From Bacillus litorisediminis (GTDB lineage: Bacteria > Bacillota > Bacilli > Bacillales > JC228), in assembly GCF_022808645.1 (NCBI RefSeq), contig NZ_JAKZKT010000002.1:165478-189477 (forward strand): 24,000 bases of DNA. The letters run 5' to 3'. Made by a program: the position numbers and the translations under genes. Positions 13,964 through 21,670 of the stretch are shown here, piece after piece; the stretch's first letter is position 1; every line of letters starts with the position of its first letter. A model generated the notes under the pieces. It worked only from the letters and a program-made list of their open reading frames with translations, had not been told where the DNA came from and ran no database searches.

Positions 13964-14374
13964 TTAGGTGTCACTCTCTCTTTTTTCTTCCTCGACAATA
14001 ATTTGACTTCCTCCATGTGCTTCAAGTACCGTACCGACAGCTTGTATCCAATCCCCTAAAGTTGTGATTTTTTGCGTTTCTTTCCTGATATTTTCATCCG
14101 TTGTCATAACTTGTTGTGTCGCACCCATGCTTTCCATAAATTGTCCTATGGTTTGAAACCAAGCTCCCTGTATGATTTGTCTTTCATTTGGATCTGATCT
14201 AACTTCCTCACTAATCGATGCAATTTTTGATAAAAGGATGGCCTCCATTATTTGACCAATAAATTGAATCCAAAGTGCAATGGAAACTTATTTTTCCAGT
14301 TGTAAAATCAATTCCTGATTGTCTGCAGTATTTTTATCTTTCGTTTCCTTTTTACTATCTGTTTGAGATGCCAT
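13964..14374 (-). pseudogene. Small W-[IF]-Q-x-[IV]-G repeat protein interrupted by an in-frame TAA (14288-14290).
   Basis: An ATG at 14374-14372 with GGAGTG 7 nt upstream opens MASQTDSKKETKDKNTADNQELILQLEK, then TAA. The same frame continues VSIALWIQFIGQIMEAILLSK... into the listed 94 aa ORF, whose own ATG (14248) has no RBS. Three repeats of the motif are present: ALWIQFIGQ, GAWFQTIGQ and GDWIQAVGT. Confidence 0.5.
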
Positions 14375-14541
14375 TGTTGTTCACTCCATTTCTCTACATA
14401 CTTATGCTAATAAATGGGTCAATGTCATCGGTAAATTTACCTTGATGGCGGGGACAGCTATTTGATAAAGAGGTGTTTTTTCTTTTATTGATTGGTAAGG
14501 GTAGTATTTATAAAAATATTTTCTAAAAATTAAAAAGAGTA

Positions 14542-14570
14542 TTGCAAGTTAAAATATATCATGTTAGTAT
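14542..14570 (+). promoter_or_regulatory. Sigma-A-type promoter of the sgc-like operon.
   Basis: -35 TTGCAA (14542-14547), 17 bp spacer ending in TGT (extended -10), and -10 TAGTAT (14565-14570). Confidence 0.55.
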
Positions 14571-14576
14571 CAAAAC

Positions 14577-14606
14577 AAATCAAAATAAATCATAAAAAAT
14601 CACAAG
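14577..14606 (+). promoter_or_regulatory. Three 10 bp direct repeats (AAATCAnnnn) just downstream of the promoter. Candidate DeoR-type operator.
   Basis: AAATCAAAAT / AAATCATAAA / AAATCACAAG, starting at 14577, 14587 and 14597. Confidence 0.35.
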
Positions 14607-14637
14607 GTTACCATAAAATTAAAGCAAAGGTGATAAA

Positions 14638-15435
14638 ATGCTTCAAATTGAGAGATTAGAAAAAGTTTTGGAATTTATTGATGAAAAAGGAACGGTCAAT
14701 ATTCCAGAATTGATTGAGGCTTTTGATGTTTCCAAGCCAACAGTTTTAAGAGACTTAAAGGAGCTTGAAAGACAAAATTTAATTATTCGCGTTCATGGCG
14801 GGGCTGCAAGCAAAAGACGCAAAGGGACAAACTTTGAGCCAAAGAACAGAGTAAAAGAAAAAGAAGCCATTGCTGAAAAAGAGGAAATTGCGGAACTAGC
14901 GGTAAACCATATTACTTCTGGTGAAACGATTCTATTAGATTCTGGGACCACTACATTAATGCTGGCTAGAAAAATGCTGATGCTGAAAAACATTACAGTC
15001 ATTACCAATGATATAAAAATTGCGATGACGCTGAGTGATAACGAAAATATTGACCTCGTAGTAATTGGGGGTCAAAAAAGAAATGGCGTTTATAGTTTAA
15101 TAGGTCCTTTTGCAGAAAATATTTTAAATCAGTTAAATGTAGACAAAGTTTTTTTAGGAGCTGATGCTGTTGATTTTAAATTGGGGCTCACTAACTCAAA
15201 TATCGAGGAGACCAATATAAAAAAGACCATGATAGAGGTGGCTAAAGAAAAGATTTTGCTTGCTGATAGCAGGAAGTTTAACAAAGCCGCTTTTACAAAA
15301 ATTGCTAGCATAGACATCCTGGACAGGATTATTACCGATAACAAGCTGTCTGAGGCAGATGTAAAAAGGTTCGAAGAAATTGGAATTATCATCGAAACTC
15401 CCAAACTAAAAATAGAAGCCAAAAAGGCTAAATAA
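14638..15435 (+). CDS. DeoR-family transcriptional regulator (SgcR-like).
   Basis: N-terminal HTH (VNIPELIEAFDVSKPTVLRDLKELE) and C-terminal DeoR sugar-phosphate-binding domain (ILLDSGTTT, VITND, VFLGADAV). Confidence 0.9.
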   Translation: MLQIERLEKVLEFIDEKGTVNIPELIEAFDVSKPTVLRDLKELERQNLIIRVHGGAASKRRKGTNFEPKNRVKEKEAIAEKEEIAELAVNHITSGETILLDSGTTTLMLARKMLMLKNITVITNDIKIAMTLSDNENIDLVVIGGQKRNGVYSLIGPFAENILNQLNVDKVFLGADAVDFKLGLTNSNIEETNIKKTMIEVAKEKILLADSRKFNKAAFTKIASIDILDRIITDNKLSEADVKRFEEIGIIIETPKLKIEAKKAK

Positions 15436-15448
15436 AGGAGAAGATACC

Positions 15449-16279
15449 ATGACCTGGTTAAAAGATGTAATTGGAACTGAAAAAGCAATCATTGCAATGT
15501 GTCATTTACAGCCATTACCTGGAGATCCTTATTACGATAGTAAAAAGGGGATGGAATATGTAGTTGAAATGGCTAGAAAAGATCTGCATGCTCTTCAAGA
15601 TGGAGGGGTGGATGCAGTTATGTTTTCGAACGAATTCAGCCTCCCGTATTTAACAAAGGTAAAGCCGGAAACAGTCGCTGCAATGGCGAGGGTGATAGGT
15701 GAATTGTTGCATGAAATAAAGGTTCCATTTGGTGTTAATGTTTTATGGGATGGTAAGCTGTCGCTTGATTTAGCAGTTGCAACCGGAGCAAAATTTGTCC
15801 GTGAAATTTTTACAGGTACATATGCGAGTGATTTCGGTATATGGAATACGAACGTAGGTGAAACGGTTAGACATCAACACCGAATTGGGGCAGAAAATGT
15901 TAAATTACTTTTTAATATTTTACCGGAAGCAGCCAAGTATATGGCTGATCGCAGTATTGAGGACATTGCTAAGTCCACTGTTTTTAATAATCGTCCTGAC
16001 GCACTTTGTGTATCAGGTCTAACAGCTGGGGAACAAACAGATTCTCAAATCTTAAAAAAGGTTAAAGACATTGTTCCAGAGACTGTTGTATTGGCTAATA
16101 CTGGAGTCAGATTAAATAATTTAGAAGAACAGTTGTCGATTGCGGATGGTGCTGTAGTCGGGACAGCTTTTAAATATGATGGGAAATTTGAAAATCATGT
16201 TGATCAAAAAAGAGTAGAAGAGTTCATGAACAAAGTAAAGAATTTCCGGTCTTCCTTAGAAGTAATGCTTGGTAAGTAG
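15449..16279 (+). CDS. BtpA/SgcQ-family TIM-barrel protein (function unknown).
   Basis: MTWLKDVIGTEKAIIAMCHLQPLPGDP..., GVDAVMFSNEFSLPYLTKV, GVNVLWD, FVREIFTG, ALCVSGLTAG, VLANTGV. As I remember it, this is closely similar to E. coli SgcQ. RBS AAGGAGA. Confidence 0.85.
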   Translation: MTWLKDVIGTEKAIIAMCHLQPLPGDPYYDSKKGMEYVVEMARKDLHALQDGGVDAVMFSNEFSLPYLTKVKPETVAAMARVIGELLHEIKVPFGVNVLWDGKLSLDLAVATGAKFVREIFTGTYASDFGIWNTNVGETVRHQHRIGAENVKLLFNILPEAAKYMADRSIEDIAKSTVFNNRPDALCVSGLTAGEQTDSQILKKVKDIVPETVVLANTGVRLNNLEEQLSIADGAVVGTAFKYDGKFENHVDQKRVEEFMNKVKNFRSSLEVMLGK

Positions 16280-16336
16280 ATTATCAAGTTTACGAGATAT
16301 ATCCTAAATTATTTATTTGGAGAGGGGTAAAAAATT

Positions 16337-16615
16337 ATGAAAAAAGTAATTGTGGCTTGTGGCGGGGGGATTGCAACGTCAACACTTATTGCAGATAAGG
16401 TTCGCAGATTACTCGATGAAGCAAACATTGAAAGCAATGTCACACAATGTACTCTTTCAGAACTCACGTATGAGGTAAGTAAAGCGGATCTTATCGTAAC
16501 GAGCATGAAGGTAGATACTGATTTTGGTGTCCCAAGTGTTTTAGGCGCATCGTTTTTGACTGGTCTGGGTGAAGAAGAAACAAAGCAGAAAATCATTGAA
16601 ATTCTTTCTAAATAA
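16337..16615 (+). CDS. PTS EIIB component, galactitol (Gat) family, SgcB-like.
   Basis: MKKVIVACGGGIATST with a phospho-Cys motif, 92 aa. RBS GGAGAGGGG. Confidence 0.85.
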   Translation: MKKVIVACGGGIATSTLIADKVRRLLDEANIESNVTQCTLSELTYEVSKADLIVTSMKVDTDFGVPSVLGASFLTGLGEEETKQKIIEILSK

Positions 16616-16647
16616 CTGAGAGCCAAATAATAGGAGGAGAATAGGGT

Positions 16648-17997
16648 ATGCAGGGTGTAATTGATTATATTTTATCACTTGGTGGCACCGTCTTTGTTCC
16701 ATTGGTACTGATTGTTGTCGGTCTGCTTTTTCGGTTGAGTTTTTTAAAATCGATAAAATCTGCTGTGACTGTTGGAGTTGGATTTTTAGGCCTAAACTTA
16801 GTAGTTAGCTTAATAAGCCAGTATTTATCTCCAGCGGTTCAATCAATGGTCGATCGGTTTGGTCTTCATCTGACAGTTATTGATCTTGGCTCTGGCACTT
16901 CTGCGGGGATAGCGTTTTCTACGGCAGTTGGTGCATTAATTATCCCCATTATATTTGGATTAAATGTCTTGTTGCTTTTCTTAAGATTAACTAAAACAAT
17001 GAACATTGACATCTTTAATTACTCCCACTATGCCCTCACAGGTTCTCTCGTTGCATTAGTTAGCGGAAGCCTGCTTTACGGTTTAATAGCAGCGATTTTC
17101 CATGCCATATTCTCACTCGTAGTCGCAGATTTAACAGCAAAAAGAGTTCAAAAAATTATTGGTATTGATGGGATCTCAATTAGTCAGGGTTATGCAACAT
17201 CTACGGTTCCGTTGTATGCCTTAGCTGATAAAATATTTGATAAGATCCCTTTTTTGAAAAACAAGAATATGGATACTCAATTTATCCAAAAAAGATTCGG
17301 TATGTTTGGTGATCCAGTCATCATCGGTGTCATTTTAGGAGTAATCATCAGCTTGTTGGCTGGCACAGGATTTAAAGAGGGTGCAAATGTTGTCATTGTT
17401 GTCGCCGGAATAATGATTCTTTTTCCGCGGGTGATTCGAATCATCGTGGAAGGTTTAATGCCAATTTCAGAAGCAGCTAAAGAATTCTTTAATAAAAGAT
17501 TTCAAGGGAAAGAATTTTATATTGGATTGGATTCAGCGGTCACTTTAGGACATCCTACCACGATTACTGTGGGAATTTTAATAATCCCGATTACTTTATT
17601 ACTGGCAGCCATATTACCGGGTAACAACGTTTTACCATTGGCAGATTTAGCTTTTGCTCCATTCTTTATCTGTATGGCAACCATCATGCATAAAGGTGAT
17701 GTGATTCGAACTCTTATTAGCTCCACTATCAATATGATATTTGTCTTATACATTGCTACATATTTTGCCCCAACCTATACGGACCTTGCGAATGAAGGCG
17801 GATTTAATGCAGCCAGTGATGGGACAGAAGTTTCTGCTCTTTATGTTGGCAACGTTTTTGACTTCGTTATTGCAGTGCTTATGAGACCTGGAATTTTAGG
17901 GATTATAGGATTGGTTGCTATTACTGCGATTGCGTTCTACTTCTCAACTAAAAAGCCTGGGATAAAACAAGATCAAGGCGATAGCATTTCCGGCTGA
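16648..17997 (+). CDS. PTS EIIC permease, galactitol (Gat) family, SgcC-like.
   Basis: 449 aa polytopic membrane protein with a GatC/SgcC-type N-terminus (IDYILSLGGTVFVPLVLIVVGLLF). RBS AGGAGGAG. Confidence 0.9.
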   Translation: MQGVIDYILSLGGTVFVPLVLIVVGLLFRLSFLKSIKSAVTVGVGFLGLNLVVSLISQYLSPAVQSMVDRFGLHLTVIDLGSGTSAGIAFSTAVGALIIPIIFGLNVLLLFLRLTKTMNIDIFNYSHYALTGSLVALVSGSLLYGLIAAIFHAIFSLVVADLTAKRVQKIIGIDGISISQGYATSTVPLYALADKIFDKIPFLKNKNMDTQFIQKRFGMFGDPVIIGVILGVIISLLAGTGFKEGANVVIVVAGIMILFPRVIRIIVEGLMPISEAAKEFFNKRFQGKEFYIGLDSAVTLGHPTTITVGILIIPITLLLAAILPGNNVLPLADLAFAPFFICMATIMHKGDVIRTLISSTINMIFVLYIATYFAPTYTDLANEGGFNAASDGTEVSALYVGNVFDFVIAVLMRPGILGIIGLVAITAIAFYFSTKKPGIKQDQGDSISG

Positions 17998-18044
17998 TAA
18001 GACACTTTCACTTCTTTGCATCACAAAACGTTTGGAGAGATGGT

Positions 18045-18539
18045 ATGAAAAAAGGGACTCAAGAGGATCATTCGCTTATTTTTAACGAAGGCTTGGTTGA
18101 ACTAGACATTGCAGCCAATGATTATAAAGATGCTCTTTTTCAGCTCAGTCAAAATTTTTTAAAAGAAAACTATGTGAAAGAAACATTTCCAAAGGCATTA
18201 ATAGCTAGAGAAGAAGAGTATCCAACAGGTTTATCAACAAATCGAATCGGAATTGCCATCCCTCATACGGACCCTCTTCATGTTAATAAGGGCTGTATTG
18301 GCATAGGGACTTTAAGGAATCCGATTCCATTTAAAGCAATGGATACGGGTGAATGGATTCAAGTAAGTATTATATTCATGCTAGCGATTACCCATCCCTC
18401 TTCGCAACTGGTAATGCTGCAGAAAGTCATAGAGATCATCAGAAATGAAGATACTCTACTCAAAATACTCGAATCGAAAAATAAAAAAGAGATCATGCAA
18501 ATCGTAAAGCCCTTTCTTGACGAGTTAGTAAAATCTTAG
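18045..18539 (+). CDS. PTS EIIA component (PTS_EIIA_2, fructose/mannitol type), SgcA-like.
   Basis: EEEYPTGLSTNRIGIAIPHT with an active-site His, 164 aa. Confidence 0.85.
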   Translation: MKKGTQEDHSLIFNEGLVELDIAANDYKDALFQLSQNFLKENYVKETFPKALIAREEEYPTGLSTNRIGIAIPHTDPLHVNKGCIGIGTLRNPIPFKAMDTGEWIQVSIIFMLAITHPSSQLVMLQKVIEIIRNEDTLLKILESKNKKEIMQIVKPFLDELVKS

Positions 18540-18589
18540 ATTTTAATTAAATTAATTTTATATCTCGAAAGGGTAGAGAGGTGTTTTAG

Positions 18590-19258
18590 ATGACATATAA
18601 AATAGCCCCATCTATTTTGAATGCGGACTTCTCAAATCTGCGAAAAGAAGTAGAAGCTGCAGAAAATGGCGGGGCTGATTTTTTGCATCTTGATGTGATA
18701 GATGGTTTGTTTGCGCCAAGTATCTCATTTGGACCAGCCGTCATTGAATCAATTAGAAAGCACTCAAACTTGATTTTTGATGTCCACTTAATGATCCAGA
18801 ATCCTGACCGATATATTCCCGATTTTGTTAAAGCTGGTGCAGATATCATTTCTGTTCATGCAGAAGGAAATCATCATCTGCATCGCTTAGTGTCGCAAAT
18901 AAAAGATCATGGCAAGAAAGTGTGTGTGGCGCTAAATCCAGCTACACCTATCGATTCTATAAAACATTTAATTGTTGAGGTAGATATGATTTTACTCATG
19001 ACAGTAAATCCGGGTTTTGGGGGCCAGCCTTTTATAAACAGTGTATTGCCAAAGATCTCCGAGCTGCGACAGCTGATCGAAAGTAAAAATCTATCGGTTG
19101 ATATTGAAGTTGATGGGGGGATCATGCCAAAGGAAGCAAAGCTTTGTAAAGATGCAGGCGCCAATGTTTTTGTAGTAGGTTCATACATTTATAGACATAG
19201 TGAGGTAGAAGAAAAAAGGAAGGCTATTTCAGAGATTAGAAAGGCTTTTAGTATCTAA
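18590..19258 (+). CDS. Ribulose-phosphate 3-epimerase family protein (Rpe/AlsE/SgcE-like ketose-phosphate 3-epimerase).
   Basis: IAPSILNADFSNL, LHLDVIDGLFAPSISFG, FDVHLMI, MTVNPGFGGQ, IEVDGG. Confidence 0.9.
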   Translation: MTYKIAPSILNADFSNLRKEVEAAENGGADFLHLDVIDGLFAPSISFGPAVIESIRKHSNLIFDVHLMIQNPDRYIPDFVKAGADIISVHAEGNHHLHRLVSQIKDHGKKVCVALNPATPIDSIKHLIVEVDMILLMTVNPGFGGQPFINSVLPKISELRQLIESKNLSVDIEVDGGIMPKEAKLCKDAGANVFVVGSYIYRHSEVEEKRKAISEIRKAFSI

Positions 19259-19286
19259 ATTTTCTCCAGTTAATTGAAGAGATGGG

Positions 19287-20417
19287 ATGATTAAATTGAA
19301 GTCAACGAAAGAATACCTAAGAGAATTAACATCTATTCATGCAGTCAGTTCAAGAGAAGACCCCGTAATCGATTATATGAATGAATATTTCTCTCATTAT
19401 AGTAACGAAATAGAAATCGATGTAATAGGAAATTTGATCTGTCACTTTCCATCAGGAAAGCTGAATGCAAGAAAAGTCATGGTTTTTGGCCACATGGATG
19501 AAGTTGGATTTATTGTTAGATATATTGATGAGAAGGGTTTCCTTTTTATCGAAAGAATTGGCGGGGCTAATATAAATGTTCTGCCGGGTTTGAAACTTGA
19601 TGTGGTGGGAGAGAAAGGGATTGTTCCGGGAGTTGTTGGGACAAAGGCTTATCACTTTTTAAAACCTGAAGAAAAAGGAACGTTTCCTCCACAAGATAAG
19701 CTCTATATTGATATTGGGGTTACATCCAGAGAAGAAGCAGAGATGAAAGGTGTCAAAGCAGGCTGTTGCGTCTGTTTTCATGCTGACTTCCTGGAAAGGG
19801 AAAATGGCTGGGTAACAGGAAAAGCGATGGATAACCGCGTTGCCTGCGCAATTCTTTTAAAACTTGCAGAACTGCTATCGAAAAATAAAGATCAATTGAA
19901 TTGGGATGTGTATCTGGTTGCATGTGTCCAGGAAGAGTTTAATATTAGAGGCGTTTTACCGGCCGTTCGGAAAATCAAACCAGATGTATCGATTGGTCTT
20001 GATGTAACACCAGCATGTGATACACCTGATCTTCCTAATTATTCGAGCGTAAGTCTAGACAATGGCCCAGCCCTCACTTTTTTAAACTATCATGGAAAAG
20101 GGACGCTGGCAGGAGTGTTGCCCGATACTAGATTAGTAGAGGCTTTAGTGAAAACCTGTGAAGATCAGATGATTTCTTATCAGCGGGAAATTGCTGTCGG
20201 TGTTATCACTGAAAATGCGTTTATTGTCTTTGAAGAATACGGTGTCGCGATAGCGAATATCTCGATACCGACAAGATATACACATACACCAGTGGAGACT
20301 TTAAGTATGAAGGATGTTGAGCTGACAGAAAAGCTGCTTTTTCATTTTATAATGGGACTGGATGAAGGCAGTCAATTTGGCAAAAAAGCGAGAACCTCAC
20401 ATTCTCGAAAAAGGTAG
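19287..20417 (+). CDS. M42-family metallo-enzyme (glutamyl aminopeptidase / so-called endoglucanase family), SgcX/FrvX/YpdE-like.
   Basis: LTSIHAVSSREDPV, FGHMDEVGF, GKAMDNRVACA, VQEEFNIRG, IPTRYTHTPVE. Confidence 0.85.
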   Translation: MIKLKSTKEYLRELTSIHAVSSREDPVIDYMNEYFSHYSNEIEIDVIGNLICHFPSGKLNARKVMVFGHMDEVGFIVRYIDEKGFLFIERIGGANINVLPGLKLDVVGEKGIVPGVVGTKAYHFLKPEEKGTFPPQDKLYIDIGVTSREEAEMKGVKAGCCVCFHADFLERENGWVTGKAMDNRVACAILLKLAELLSKNKDQLNWDVYLVACVQEEFNIRGVLPAVRKIKPDVSIGLDVTPACDTPDLPNYSSVSLDNGPALTFLNYHGKGTLAGVLPDTRLVEALVKTCEDQMISYQREIAVGVITENAFIVFEEYGVAIANISIPTRYTHTPVETLSMKDVELTEKLLFHFIMGLDEGSQFGKKARTSHSRKR

Positions 20418-21224
20418 ATGATTATGTATAAAATTGTTTTTCTCGATATTGACGGCACCTTAGTTAACCATGAAAAAAGAGTTTCAGAAGGAACCAAACA
20501 GGCGATTAAACAATTAAAACAAAATGGGATTGAAGTTGCTCTGGCTACTGGCAGACCTCCTTATCATTTTACCGATATTGCTGAGGAAATTGGTCTAAAT
20601 TCCTTTGTATCAATGAATGGTGCGTATGCCTGTTATCAAGGTAAAGTTATACCGCAAAAATCAGAGATTAGTAAAGACCTGTTGGAAAAATTAATGAAGC
20701 ATTCGAGTGAGCTGGGGCACCCTCTCACTTTTTCGAGCCATCTCAAAACGGTTAGTAATCATAAGGATCATCCAGAAATTATCAAAAGCTTTCAAGACTT
20801 AAAGTTAGATTATTGTCCGGAGTATCAGCCGCAATTTTGGAAAGAAGAGGTCATCTATCAAGCGATGGTTTACTGTAAGCAGCATGAAGAAGGGTATTAT
20901 CATGAGATGATTCCAGAATTGACTTTTACGCGTTGGCATCATCTATCTATGGATGTTATGTCAGCTGATGTGTCAAAGGCATCTGGCATTAAAGCAATGC
21001 TTGAATATCTCGGTTTTTCCGCCAAGGAAGCTGTTGCCTTTGGTGACGGATTAAATGATAAAGAGATGCTGACCTTTGTAGGGATGGGGGTTGCCATGGG
21101 AAATGCCCACGATGAAATTAAACCTTATGCCAACATGGTAACCAAATCGAATGAAGAAGATGGAATTGTCCATGCATTATATGAATTAGGATTACTGACT
21201 AAGAATTGCACGAGAAGCAGCTGA
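20418..21224 (+). CDS. Cof-type HAD-IIB sugar phosphatase.
   Basis: FLDIDGTL (motif I), LATGRP (motif II), and FGDGLNDKEML ... AMGNA (motifs III/IV). The start may be the ATG at 20424 (better RBS spacing) rather than 20418. Confidence 0.85.
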   Translation: MIMYKIVFLDIDGTLVNHEKRVSEGTKQAIKQLKQNGIEVALATGRPPYHFTDIAEEIGLNSFVSMNGAYACYQGKVIPQKSEISKDLLEKLMKHSSELGHPLTFSSHLKTVSNHKDHPEIIKSFQDLKLDYCPEYQPQFWKEEVIYQAMVYCKQHEEGYYHEMIPELTFTRWHHLSMDVMSADVSKASGIKAMLEYLGFSAKEAVAFGDGLNDKEMLTFVGMGVAMGNAHDEIKPYANMVTKSNEEDGIVHALYELGLLTKNCTRSS

Positions 21225-21236
21225 TTCTAGGAAATG

Positions 21237-21275
21237 ACCGGCCCTGCCAAATAATCGCAGGGTCGGTTGTATTTT
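21237..21275 (+). terminator. Terminator of the sgc-like operon.
   Basis: ACCGGCCCTGC / loop CAAATAATC / GCAGGGTCGGT, followed by TGTATTTTA. Confidence 0.6.
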
Positions 21276-21301
21276 ACGGGCAAACATTTGGAGGATTTAG
21301 T

Positions 21302-21416
21302 ATATGCTCGTATAGTGAAGAAGGTCCGGTAAAGAGAACAGGGGCATTCGCTGAGATCCTATCAGTTGATAACAAGAGATCTTGACGGTAATCTAATAGA
21401 AATTTCTAATTATTAA
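21302..21416 (+). pseudogene. Decayed 3' remnant of a VOC/glyoxalase-family gene.
   Basis: Fragments lie in different frames: ARIV, then EEGPVKRTGAFAEILS, then RDLDGNLIEISNY-stop (21414-21416). There is no N-terminal part and no start codon. Confidence 0.45.
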
Positions 21417-21421
21417 TTAAT

Positions 21422-21448
21422 GGTAGCCCTTTTGGGACTACATTTTTT
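21422..21448 (+). terminator. Terminator retained after the VOC remnant.
   Basis: GGTAGCCC-TTTT-GGGACTAC, followed by T6. Confidence 0.55.
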
Positions 21449-21533
21449 ATTTGAGCAGCTATGGTTGGAAAGTAAATGTTCGCACTTCACAAAAATCCCA
21501 ATAAAATCCACGGCGTAAAATAGCACATAATCT

Positions 21534-21563
21534 TTGAACGAATACCCTAACACATGGTACACT
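21534..21563 (+). promoter_or_regulatory. Possible promoter of the CAP-domain gene.
   Basis: -35 TTGAAC, 18 bp spacer ending in TGG, and -10 TACACT. Confidence 0.35.
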
Positions 21564-21670
21564 CGGCAATAACTAATCTTAAACTCTTAGTTTTTTAGAA
21601 GAATTAAATACAGCCATTTTGTCCATTATGAAAAGTAATAGATTCATGTCACGGAATTGGAGGTGCCGAT

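Noticed and set aside
14984-14997. cre-like sequence TGAAAAACATTACA inside the DeoR gene.
   Set aside because: Both central CG positions of the cre consensus (TGWAANCGNTNWCA) are mismatched.
21541-21563. CsoR-box-like ATACCCTAAC upstream of the CAP-domain gene.
   Set aside because: Only the left half matches. The nearest GGTA-containing arm is at the wrong spacing (9 nt rather than 5). It is probably coincidental overlap with a promoter.
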